Source: an uncultured bacterium
GTDB taxonomy: Bacteria; Zixibacteria; MSB-5A5; GN15; FEB-12
DNA: 64,000 nt
Reading direction: 5' to 3'
Assembly: GCA_965372795.1 (NCBI GenBank)
Contig: CBDVDR010000014.1
Span: 23,391 to 87,390, forward strand
Shown here piece after piece: positions 49,762 through 58,672 of this stretch (positions are counted from its first letter, which is position 1; each line of letters starts with the position of its first letter). A program made the translations under genes and the position numbers. The notes beneath the pieces were generated by a model. The model was not told the DNA's origin and did no database searches. It saw only the letters and a list, made by a program, of their open reading frames with translations.

Positions 49762-50199
49762 ATGGCAGTTAAAAAGAAAGCGGCTAAAAAGAAAGTAGCC
49801 AAAAAGAAAGTGGCGAAGAAAAAAGTCGCCAAGAAAAAAGTTGTTAAAAAGAAAATTGTAAAGAAAAAAGTCGTAAAAAAAGTAGCCAAAAAGAAAGTTG
49901 CTAAGAAAAAAGTAGCCAAGAAAAAAGTAGTTAAGAAAAAAGTGAAACGTAAACCGAATGCTGCTTTTATGCGCCCTATGACTTTATCACCTGAATTAGG
50001 TGCTATCGTTGGTAACAAGGCTATTCCACGTACTGAAGTCACTAAGAAAATCTGGGTTTATATTAAGAAAAACAAACTTCAGGACGACAAAAACAGACGG
50101 ATGATTAATGCCGATGACAAAATGGCTAAAATCTTCGGTCGTAAAAAACAAGTCAGTATGTTTGAAATGACCAAATTACTCTCCAAACATATGAAGTAA
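49762..50199 (+). CDS. histone H1-like Lys-rich repeat fused to a SWIB/MDM2 domain
   Basis: ~12 KKKV(A/V) units, then LSPEL..IVG....RTEVTKKIW.YIKKNKLQD..MFEMTK. Confidence 0.9.
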   Translation: MAVKKKAAKKKVAKKKVAKKKVAKKKVVKKKIVKKKVVKKVAKKKVAKKKVAKKKVVKKKVKRKPNAAFMRPMTLSPELGAIVGNKAIPRTEVTKKIWVYIKKNKLQDDKNRRMINADDKMAKIFGRKKQVSMFEMTKLLSKHMK

Positions 50200-50223
50200 A
50201 CTCGACTTTATTTCGATTTTTAT

Positions 50224-50250
50224 AAAGACCGGTCTTTACCGGTCTTTTTT
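50224..50250 (+). terminator. intrinsic terminator
   Basis: AAAGACCGGT-cttt-ACCGGTCTTT followed by a T run. Confidence 0.8.
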
Positions 50251-50326
50251 TATGGACAAGAAGATTTACTTTCTTGATTTACATGATTATATTCAGGTAA
50301 TATTACTTTTAAAAAAGGGAGCTCCC

Positions 50327-52429
50327 ATGAAATCGGGCAATTCATTCCAAAATATAATTTCTATATTACTTTTAACTTTCTTTTTATCGTGTGGAATTAA
50401 CCAAACAATACAAATTCCTCCCCCACCTGTTACAACTGTAAACACTGTAATCGACACCCTTCATAATGTGGAAATTCCTGATGACTACCGCTGGCTGGAA
50501 GATCAAGAAAGTAAAGAGACCCGAGACTGGATTGATACTCAAAATAATTATACTCGCTCGATACTTGACCAGCTTCCTCAAAATGATGAATTAACAAATC
50601 GTTTAAACGAACTCATAAATATAGATTATATCAGCACTCCATCGGTTAGAAACGGGAAATATTTCTATTATAAGCGAAATGCAGGTCAGGACCTCAAAAT
50701 AATTTATTACCGGGAAACGGCTGACTCTCCGGAACAAATTTTAATTGATCCGCATACCCTTAGTGAAGATCACTCTATCAATACCAATATTATAGATATA
50801 TCCACAGACGGATCAATTCTTGTTTATGGCGTCAGGCAGGGTGGAGAAGATCAACAGGAGATTCATCTGTTTGATGTTAAGTCAAAAACCGATCTAAAAG
50901 ATATTCTCCCCCGCGCATCATATTTCGGCAGCATTGTAATCACCGTTGATAACAAAGGTCTTTACTACATGGTTCATACTTCAGAAGCCGGACCGCGTGT
51001 TTATTATCATAAAATTGGCGATGATCAAACCAATGATAAAATTATTTTTGGCAAAAAATTCACCTCCGAGATGTTTATCTCACCGGATATTTCTGAAGAT
51101 GGCAAATATCTTCTGTTGACTGTTTCTTTAGGAGCCGATGGTAAGCAAACTGAAGTATATTATAAAAATCTTAAGAAAAATTCACCAATCAAATCTCTGA
51201 CCAAAGGCATCAAAGCCCGTTTCACTCCAACCGCGGTTGGCAGCACAGTCTTTTTAAAGACAGATTGGAAGGCACCGAACGGGAAAATTCTAAAAGCTGA
51301 TCTGATGAAGCCAGCCTCAAAAAACTGGATAGAAATTATTCCAGCTTCTGATTTGGTTCTAAAATCGTTCTCTTTATCCGATGGAAACATTTGCGTTAAT
51401 TATCTCGACTCAGTTAAATCAAAGGTGTCAATATTTACACCTGAGGGACAGTTTATCACCGATATTGCATTCCCTAATATCGGTTCAGTAAGTTCAATAA
51501 AAGGTAGATGGGATAATCCCGAAGCTTTTTATAGTTTTGATTCTTTTAATATGCCTAAAACAATTTACAAATATAATCATAAATCAAAAGAAGCTGTTGT
51601 CTGGCATAAATCGGAACTGAATATCAACAGTGATGATTTTGAAGTAAAACAGGTTTGGTTCAAATCCAAAGATGGCACCAAAGTCCCTATGTTTATAACT
51701 CATAAAAAAGGGATAGAGCTAAACAATCAAAATCCTACTCTGATGTATGGCTACGGCGGATTCCGTTCAACTATGACACCGTTCTTTAGTTCTACTTATC
51801 TAACCTGGATGGAACAGGGCGGAATATTTGTTGTCGTAAATTTACGCGGTGGAAGTGAATTTGGTGAAGCCTGGCATGAGGCTGCGACCTTTGAAAGAAA
51901 ACAGAACACCTTCGATGATTTTATTTCTGCCGGTGAATGGTTAATTGCAAATAAATATACCAGTTCGGAAAATCTGGCAATTCGCGGGGGAAGTAACGGC
52001 GGACTGCTGGTGGGAGCCTGTTTGGTCCAGCGACCTGATTTGTTTAAGGCTGTTATCTGTACCTGGCCCCTGTTGGATATGATCAGATATCATCAATTTT
52101 TGGTAGGTCGATTCTGGATTTCAGAATACGGCTCAGCCGATGAACCGGACCAGTTTGAATATATAAAAAAGTATTCTCCATATCATAATGTTGTCAAAGG
52201 CACTGAATATCCGGCAGTATTTCTGATTACCGGAGATCGAGACACCCGCGTTGACCCTTGTCATGCCCGTAAAATGGCAGCTTTGCTTCAGGCAAATAAC
52301 GGCTCGGAAAATCCGATTATGCTTCGCTATGAAACTAAAGCCGGTCATTCCGGAGGCATACCGATGACTAAGAAAATTCAAAATATCGGCGATGAATTAC
52401 GTTTCTTATTATGGCAATTAAAAGGATAA
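50327..52429 (+). CDS. prolyl oligopeptidase (S9A), lipoprotein
   Basis: D.YRWLED, YGYGGF, NLRGG.EFG, GGSNGGLL, DTRV.P.H, AGH. Confidence 0.95.
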   Translation: MKSGNSFQNIISILLLTFFLSCGINQTIQIPPPPVTTVNTVIDTLHNVEIPDDYRWLEDQESKETRDWIDTQNNYTRSILDQLPQNDELTNRLNELINIDYISTPSVRNGKYFYYKRNAGQDLKIIYYRETADSPEQILIDPHTLSEDHSINTNIIDISTDGSILVYGVRQGGEDQQEIHLFDVKSKTDLKDILPRASYFGSIVITVDNKGLYYMVHTSEAGPRVYYHKIGDDQTNDKIIFGKKFTSEMFISPDISEDGKYLLLTVSLGADGKQTEVYYKNLKKNSPIKSLTKGIKARFTPTAVGSTVFLKTDWKAPNGKILKADLMKPASKNWIEIIPASDLVLKSFSLSDGNICVNYLDSVKSKVSIFTPEGQFITDIAFPNIGSVSSIKGRWDNPEAFYSFDSFNMPKTIYKYNHKSKEAVVWHKSELNINSDDFEVKQVWFKSKDGTKVPMFITHKKGIELNNQNPTLMYGYGGFRSTMTPFFSSTYLTWMEQGGIFVVVNLRGGSEFGEAWHEAATFERKQNTFDDFISAGEWLIANKYTSSENLAIRGGSNGGLLVGACLVQRPDLFKAVICTWPLLDMIRYHQFLVGRFWISEYGSADEPDQFEYIKKYSPYHNVVKGTEYPAVFLITGDRDTRVDPCHARKMAALLQANNGSENPIMLRYETKAGHSGGIPMTKKIQNIGDELRFLLWQLKG

Positions 52430-52492
52430 ATACCTTCAACTTGGACCAAAAAAGAATTTGCTTTATTTTTATAATATGATATCATTATGCAG

Positions 52493-52510
52493 TTGTGAAA
52501 TAATTCACAA
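52493..52510. promoter_or_regulatory. Rex-type operator
   Basis: TTGTGAA-ATAA-TTCACAA, an exact match to TTGTGAANNNNTTCACAA, 30 nt upstream of the DUF1015 ATG. Confidence 0.7.
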
Positions 52511-52539
52511 CTCTTGAGTTATAAAGGACAGTTGCATAT

Positions 52540-53784
52540 ATGCCAATTGTAAAACCATTTAGAGGATTGCGTCCGGTTGAAAATCGGGCAAAAGATGTAG
52601 CTTCTCCTCCGTACGATGTTTTGAATAGTGATGAAGCAAGAGCTTTGGTTAAAAACAATCCTGACTCGTTTCTGAGGGTTAATAAACCTGAAGTCGATTT
52701 TCCTGCTGATACGAATTTATATTCTGATGATGTTTATAAAAAAGGATTGGAAAACCTAAATCGGCTGATCGATGAAAAAATAATGATTCGCGATGATAAG
52801 CCCTGTTTTTACTTATATAAATTAACCTGGCAAAATCAAAGTCAGATCGGGATCGTGGCAGTTACCTCGGTGGACGATTACAATAACGGTTTGATAAAAA
52901 AACATGAACATACTCGCCCGGTAAAAGTTGATGATCGGGCTAATCATATTATCGCCCTTAATGCCCAGGTCGGTCCGGTCTTCTCAATTTTTAAAAATAA
53001 TGTGGAGCTAAGAAAGATATTTAATGAAATATCTGCAACTGCTCCCAATGTTGATTTTACTGCTGAAGATTCTGTGACCCATACCATGTGGATTATTAGC
53101 AATCCTGAACAAACCACTATGATTACAAATATTTTTTCTGAGATGTCAGAAATTTATATCGCCGATGGTCACCATCGCTCGGAGGCTGCCGCGGAAGTCA
53201 AAAAAAGATTCAAGGCAAAAGATTCTGACATTTCAGGTGAAAAACCAAGTGATTACTTCCTGAATGTTTTATTCCCGGATGATGAGGTTCGGATTCTACC
53301 CTATAACCGGGTTATAAAAGATTTGAATGGTAAATCCGAAGAAATTTTTCTTGGTGAAATCTCAGAATTTTTTGATGTGAAAAAAATTGACTTGAATGAT
53401 CTTCCTACTGATAGTCATATTATCGGAATGTATCTGAATAAAAATTGGTATCAGTTAACACCGAAAGCCAATATTTTTGATCCGAATCATCCGGTCGATC
53501 AGATTGATGCGGAAATTCTGTATAAAAATCTATTGAAACCAATTCTTGGAATTGAAGATATTCGCACCGATAAAAGGATTGATTTTATTGGCGGAATCAG
53601 AGGCAATGAAGAACTTATAAAACTGGTCGACTCTGCTAAATGGGAAGTGGCGTTTGCTCTTCCTCCGGTAACAGTAGGTCAGTTGTTGCAAGTGGCTGAT
53701 GCGAATACTGTCATGCCGCCAAAATCGACCTGGTTCGAACCTAAGTTACGCAGTGGAATGGTAATAAATTTATTAGATAAATAG
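52540..53784 (+). CDS. DUF1015 family protein
   Basis: PPYDV, IKKHE.T, YIADGHHR, MPPKSTWFEPKLRSG. Confidence 0.9.
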   Translation: MPIVKPFRGLRPVENRAKDVASPPYDVLNSDEARALVKNNPDSFLRVNKPEVDFPADTNLYSDDVYKKGLENLNRLIDEKIMIRDDKPCFYLYKLTWQNQSQIGIVAVTSVDDYNNGLIKKHEHTRPVKVDDRANHIIALNAQVGPVFSIFKNNVELRKIFNEISATAPNVDFTAEDSVTHTMWIISNPEQTTMITNIFSEMSEIYIADGHHRSEAAAEVKKRFKAKDSDISGEKPSDYFLNVLFPDDEVRILPYNRVIKDLNGKSEEIFLGEISEFFDVKKIDLNDLPTDSHIIGMYLNKNWYQLTPKANIFDPNHPVDQIDAEILYKNLLKPILGIEDIRTDKRIDFIGGIRGNEELIKLVDSAKWEVAFALPPVTVGQLLQVADANTVMPPKSTWFEPKLRSGMVINLLDK

Positions 53785-53797
53785 ATAAGGGACAAAA

Positions 53798-54673
53798 ATG
53801 TTAATACTAATTTCTGACGCCTTTAATAAAACTCTGCCGGAACAGCTCAAAAGATTCGGAGAGGTCACCGATGACAAAGCCCGCGTATCTGATGCGGAAG
53901 TCATTTTAATACGAAGTAAAACCAAAGCCACCAAAGAATATATCGACTCAGCTCCGAAACTGAAGATTATTATTCGCGGAGGCGTTGGACTTGATAATGT
54001 TGATATTGATTATGCCAAAACTAAAGGGATTCAAGTATTCAATACTGCTGAAGCCTCAACTATTGCAGTTGCAGAGCTTGCTTTTGCACTCATGATATCC
54101 CTCGCTAACAAAATTAATTTGTCTGATAGCTCAATGCGTGAAGGTAAATGGATTAAAAAAGAGATCAAACGAGTGGAACTTAACGGGAAAACTCTTGGCA
54201 TTCTCGGCATGGGTCGCATTGGCACAGCTTTGGCAGTGCGGGCACGCGCTTTCAGAATGAAAATTCTTGCCTGGCATCCTGATGTTCATTTTTCTGATTT
54301 TGCTGAAATTCGCCCAACCCTGGATGAAGTTTTAAAAGAATCTGATTTTCTATCGGTACACATTCCTTTGATGGATCAAACCAAAGAGATGATCAACTCT
54401 GAAAAAATTGCTCTTTGTAAAAACACAGCCATGATGGTCAACACCGGCCGTGCCATGGTAGTCAATGAACAGGATATGGCTGATGCTTTGAATAATGGAA
54501 CTTTTGGCGGCTATGCAACTGATGTATGGAAAACTGACCCACCGGATGACTCTCCTTTATTTAAAGCTCCTAATTCAATTTTAGCTCCTCATATTGGAGC
54601 CTCAACCGAAGAAAACATGATTCGCATCGGTATTGTTATAGAACAATTACTTGATGCCTATACTAAAAAATAA
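53798..54673 (+). CDS. serA: D-3-phosphoglycerate dehydrogenase (short type)
   Basis: RGGVGLDNVD, GILGMGRIG, PHIGAST.E; lies between DUF1015 and serC. Confidence 0.75.
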   Translation: MLILISDAFNKTLPEQLKRFGEVTDDKARVSDAEVILIRSKTKATKEYIDSAPKLKIIIRGGVGLDNVDIDYAKTKGIQVFNTAEASTIAVAELAFALMISLANKINLSDSSMREGKWIKKEIKRVELNGKTLGILGMGRIGTALAVRARAFRMKILAWHPDVHFSDFAEIRPTLDEVLKESDFLSVHIPLMDQTKEMINSEKIALCKNTAMMVNTGRAMVVNEQDMADALNNGTFGGYATDVWKTDPPDDSPLFKAPNSILAPHIGASTEENMIRIGIVIEQLLDAYTKK

Positions 54674-54703
54674 GTAATTCAGTTAGTTGCAAAGGATATA
54701 ACG

Positions 54704-55789
54704 ATGGAAAGAAAAACAGTAAATTTTAATGCCGGTCCGGCGATTCTTCCCCTTGATGTTTTAAAAATTATTCAAGATGAATTTCTGGATTATAAAGGTA
54801 CTGGCATGTCAGTCATAGAAATGTCACACCGATCCAAAGAATTTGATGAAATCAATAACGATGCCGCCTCGCTGATGAAAGAAGTCTTAGGATTATCAGA
54901 TAATTATCATGTTCTATTTCTTGGTGGAGGAGCCTCGACTCAATTTGCAACAATTCCGATGAATCTTCTTCACTCAGGAAAATCCGCCGCTTATGTCGAC
55001 ACCGGAGCCTGGGCAGGTAAAGCGATCAAGGAAGCTAAACTTATCGGCAACGCCTCTGTGGTCGCATCCTCAAAAGAAGATAACTATAATTATATTCCTG
55101 ACTTAAGCAATTTGCAGCTGCCTGATAACTGTGCTTACCTGCACGTTACCTCAAACAATACTATTTTTGGTACCCAAATACATAGCTATCCTGACACCGG
55201 CAATATTCCTTTAATCTGTGACATGTCCTCAGATATAGCTTCCCGTAAACTTGACTATAATAAATTTTCAATGATATACGGCGGCGCTCAGAAAAATATG
55301 GGACCGGCGGGAGCAGCCTTTATAATAATTCGCGATGATTTACTCAAGCAGACAACCGATGCAATTCCTATCATTTTGAGATACAAAACCCACGCCGATA
55401 AAAAATCTTTATACAACACTCCTCCGGCATTTACTATCTACACTATTAAACTTGTCCTTGAGTGGATCAAAAATATGGGCGGGCTTGAAGCTGTCGAAAA
55501 ATTAAATCTGGCGAAAAAAGAACGTATCTACCAGATGATTGATCTGAACCCGGATTTCTACAAAGGAACCGTTAAAGAAGACAGCCGTAGTTGGATGAAT
55601 ATCACCATGCGACTCCCCTCAGAAGATCTGGAAAAGAAATTTATCGAAGAAGCTAAAAACGCCGGAATGGTCGGTCTTAAAGGGCATCGTTCGGTTGGCG
55701 GAATCAGAGTTTCAACCTATAATGCCCAGACATTGGAAGGGATTGACAAACTGGTTCAGTTTATGGAAGATTTTAAAAAGAATAATTGA
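54704..55789 (+). CDS. serC: phosphoserine aminotransferase
   Basis: NFNAGPA, EMSHRS, DMSSD, GAQKN.GPAG, YNTPP, GHRSVGGIR. Confidence 0.97.
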   Translation: MERKTVNFNAGPAILPLDVLKIIQDEFLDYKGTGMSVIEMSHRSKEFDEINNDAASLMKEVLGLSDNYHVLFLGGGASTQFATIPMNLLHSGKSAAYVDTGAWAGKAIKEAKLIGNASVVASSKEDNYNYIPDLSNLQLPDNCAYLHVTSNNTIFGTQIHSYPDTGNIPLICDMSSDIASRKLDYNKFSMIYGGAQKNMGPAGAAFIIIRDDLLKQTTDAIPIILRYKTHADKKSLYNTPPAFTIYTIKLVLEWIKNMGGLEAVEKLNLAKKERIYQMIDLNPDFYKGTVKEDSRSWMNITMRLPSEDLEKKFIEEAKNAGMVGLKGHRSVGGIRVSTYNAQTLEGIDKLVQFMEDFKKNN

Positions 55790-55843
55790 ATTACAAAGTA
55801 ATTAAATTACAATGTAATGAAATTGCAATGTAATGAAATTACT
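55788..55843 (+). repeat. 3.5 x 16-bp tandem quasi-palindromic repeat
   Basis: gaattacaaagtaatt / aaattacaatgtaatg / aaattgcaatgtaatg / aaattact. Confidence 0.7.
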
Positions 55844-55859
55844 TATCATTCGAAATTCT

Positions 55860-55890
55860 AAAGGAACAGGCTTGCCTGTTCCTTTTTTTT
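55860..55890 (+). terminator. intrinsic terminator of the ser operon
   Basis: AAAGGAACAGG-cttg-CCTGTTCCTTT followed by a T run. Confidence 0.88.
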
Positions 55891-55933
55891 CTGTTAAATT
55901 ATAAATATCATAATAAAATAGAGGTTAGTTGGT

Positions 55934-56680
55934 ATGAAGAACAAAGATTCCGGTTGGTGGGATGAATTTTTCCCGGCTTTTAGACCGTTTTTTGAGACAA
56001 GGACTCAACAAGAAACAAACGCCCAGATAAAATATTATCTTAAAAAGTTAAATCTAAAATCAGGCAGTAAATTTTTAGATTGCCCCTGCGGTATCGGTCG
56101 TATCTCTATCCCAATGGCAAAAAAAGGAATCAAAGTAACCGGCGTTGATATTACTCAATCGTATTTAGATGAAATTAATCGTAAAAATAAGAGGTTAAAA
56201 GTTCCGATAGAAACTATTCATTCTGATATGCGTCGAATAAGTTTTGAAAATAAATTTGATGCTGCCGGTAATCTTTGGACATCATTTGGATATTTTGAAA
56301 AAAAATCAGATGATTTGCTTGTCCTGAAAAAAATGTATAAAGCTATCAAGCCGGGTGGTAAATTTCTTCTTGAAGTAATCAATCGTGATTGGATCATACT
56401 TAATTTTTCACCAAGTGACTGGCATAAATTTGATGACATGAAAATACTCGAAAGTAGAAAATTTGATTATTCTACTTCAATAAGTAATGGAATTTGGACT
56501 TTCATAAAAAACGGACAGGAAAAATCTTACGATGCATCGATCAGAATGTATTCCTGCCATGAATTATTTGAAATGTTTAATAAAGTTGGGTTTGTTGATA
56601 TTGAAGGATTTGGATCAATTAAAGAGGATCCAATTGATAGAAATACAAGAATGATGTATATTATCGGAACGAAACCTTGA
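55934..56680 (+). CDS. class I SAM-dependent methyltransferase
   Basis: LDCPCGIGR, GVDI, DMR, TSFGYF, KPGGKFLL. Confidence 0.9.
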   Translation: MKNKDSGWWDEFFPAFRPFFETRTQQETNAQIKYYLKKLNLKSGSKFLDCPCGIGRISIPMAKKGIKVTGVDITQSYLDEINRKNKRLKVPIETIHSDMRRISFENKFDAAGNLWTSFGYFEKKSDDLLVLKKMYKAIKPGGKFLLEVINRDWIILNFSPSDWHKFDDMKILESRKFDYSTSISNGIWTFIKNGQEKSYDASIRMYSCHELFEMFNKVGFVDIEGFGSIKEDPIDRNTRMMYIIGTKP

Positions 56681-56710
56681 TAATAGGTTAAAAATAAAAA
56701 AAGGATTAAA

Positions 56711-57316
56711 TTGCGTAGATTAGAATTTGAATGTAAAGATACCAAAGAAATAATAAAACTGTTGCAAAGCGAAGAGGTCGGCTATCTTGGCATCAATACT
56801 ACCGAAGGGTATCCTCGTGTGATTCCGATAAATTTCTGTTCAATTGATACTACGATATATTTTCATGGCGCTTTGGCAGGTGAAAAATTTGATCTATTTA
56901 AAAACAACCCCAAAGTCACATTCTGTGTTGCCCGACAATATAGTTATATACCGTCTAATTGGATTTCCCCAAACTTTGGATGCACTGCAACAACCTTTTA
57001 CAAATCAATATTGATAAAGGGTAAAGGTATTATTGTTGAGGATAAAATTGAAAAGGCTCGATCTCTTCAGGTATTAATGGAAAAACATCAGTCTGTTGAC
57101 AGTTTTGATCCCATAAATATGGATACAAAATTGTATCAGAAGTCTATTATGGAAACGGCTATCTTCCGAATCACACCCGAAATCATAGATTTAAAGGTTA
57201 AATTTGGTGAAAATATGCCCATAGCGACTCGAAAGAAGGTTGTAGAGCAACTTTTAGAACGAAACGAAGGTGTCGATAGCCAAACGGCTGAAGAAATCCT
57301 TAAAACGATTGATTGA
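56711..57316 (+). CDS. pyridoxamine 5'-phosphate oxidase-like flavin-binding protein (NimA-like)
   Basis: GYPRVIPINF, IYFHGA..GEK, NPKVTF, YKSI..KG. Confidence 0.8.
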   Translation: MRRLEFECKDTKEIIKLLQSEEVGYLGINTTEGYPRVIPINFCSIDTTIYFHGALAGEKFDLFKNNPKVTFCVARQYSYIPSNWISPNFGCTATTFYKSILIKGKGIIVEDKIEKARSLQVLMEKHQSVDSFDPINMDTKLYQKSIMETAIFRITPEIIDLKVKFGENMPIATRKKVVEQLLERNEGVDSQTAEEILKTID

Positions 57317-57441
57317 TTTTTATTAATAGTTTCCATATCATTTAATAGGTGAGTGATTGCCTATTTTCTTGACTTTTATCGATAAATTTGGTTTTGTAAA
57401 CAAGTTTGTATTTGCATCTAATCACATAACAAGGAGTCGTT

Positions 57442-58668
57442 TTGCAGCCTGATAGCAAAACTGAAGTTACATATACCGATCTTTTCGAAAAATGCTATAA
57501 TTTTACCGAAGCCAGAAGAATTCAGAAATTAGGTATTTATCCTTATTTTCATCCGATTCAATCAGCCCTTGGTAACGAAGTCATCGTTGACGGTAAAAAA
57601 TGCATCATGATTGGCTCCAACAATTATCTGGGCTTGGTTAATCATCCCAAAGTTAAAGAAGCAGCCGCTAATGCTGCCTTGAAATACGGCTCCGGATGTA
57701 CCGGATCACGTTTCCTTAATGGTACTTTGGATTTACATATTGAACTTGAACATCGCCTTGCCAAATTCATGAAAAAAGAAACTGCTTTGGTATTCTCTAC
57801 CGGATTTCAAACTAATCTTGGCGCCATTTCTTCTTTAGTCGGAAAAAGCGACATCATCATTATTGACCGTCAGGTTCACGCCTGTATCGTAGATGGCACC
57901 CGTTTATCCTATGGCAAGGTCTATAAATTTGCTCATAACGATATGGATGATCTCGAACGGGTTATTAAAAACGTCCGCAATAATAACGGCAAAGGCGGAT
58001 TGATGATTGTCGTTGATGGTGTCTTCTCGATGGAAGGTGACATTATTAACCTACCCAAATTAGTCAAAATTGGAAAAGCATATGGAGCGCGAATATTAGT
58101 CGATGATGCTCATTCGGTTGGGGTTTTAGGTGAAACCGGTGCCGGAACCGCTCAACATTTTGGATTGATAGATGATGTTGACTTGACTATGGGAACATTC
58201 TCAAAATCATTCGCTTCACTTGGCGGTTTTATTGCCGGCGATGATGATATCATTCACTATATAAAACATAACGCCCGTTCTCTGATTTTTTCAGCTTCGA
58301 TTCCTCCTTCAAATGCCGCCGCAGTTTTAGCTGCCCTGGATATTATTGAAGCAGAACCGGAACGTAGAGAAAAACTCTGGAAAAATGCTCGCCGGATGCA
58401 GAAAGAATTTAGAGATTTAGGATTTAATATCGGACATACTGCCACTCCAATCGTTCCGATTGTAATTGGCGAGGATATAGATGCTTTTGTTTTCTGGAAA
58501 GAACTGTTTGACAACGGAATATTCACAAACCCTGTTATATCACCGGCAGTCCCTCCGGGACAAGCACTTATTAGAACCTCTTATACGGCAACCCATACCG
58601 ATGAACACCTCGATCAAGTAGTTGAAGTAATAGCAAAAATCGGACGCAAAAAAGGTATAATCTCTTAA
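57442..58668 (+). CDS. spt: serine palmitoyltransferase-like alpha-oxoamine synthase
   Basis: YPYF, GSNNYLGL, GCTGSRFLNGT, HACI.DG, DDAH, GTFSKS; directly followed by a ceramide-synthase-like GNAT. Confidence 0.75.
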   Translation: MQPDSKTEVTYTDLFEKCYNFTEARRIQKLGIYPYFHPIQSALGNEVIVDGKKCIMIGSNNYLGLVNHPKVKEAAANAALKYGSGCTGSRFLNGTLDLHIELEHRLAKFMKKETALVFSTGFQTNLGAISSLVGKSDIIIIDRQVHACIVDGTRLSYGKVYKFAHNDMDDLERVIKNVRNNNGKGGLMIVVDGVFSMEGDIINLPKLVKIGKAYGARILVDDAHSVGVLGETGAGTAQHFGLIDDVDLTMGTFSKSFASLGGFIAGDDDIIHYIKHNARSLIFSASIPPSNAAAVLAALDIIEAEPERREKLWKNARRMQKEFRDLGFNIGHTATPIVPIVIGEDIDAFVFWKELFDNGIFTNPVISPAVPPGQALIRTSYTATHTDEHLDQVVEVIAKIGRKKGIIS

Positions 58669-58672
58669 TATT

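Noticed and set aside
49719..50042. Antisense hydrophobic ORF (FFLAT repeats)
   Set aside because: It is the mirror of the Lys-rich repeat gene on the other strand.
55788..55843. CRISPR array
   Set aside because: The repeats are 16 bp and adjacent with no spacers, and there are no cas genes.
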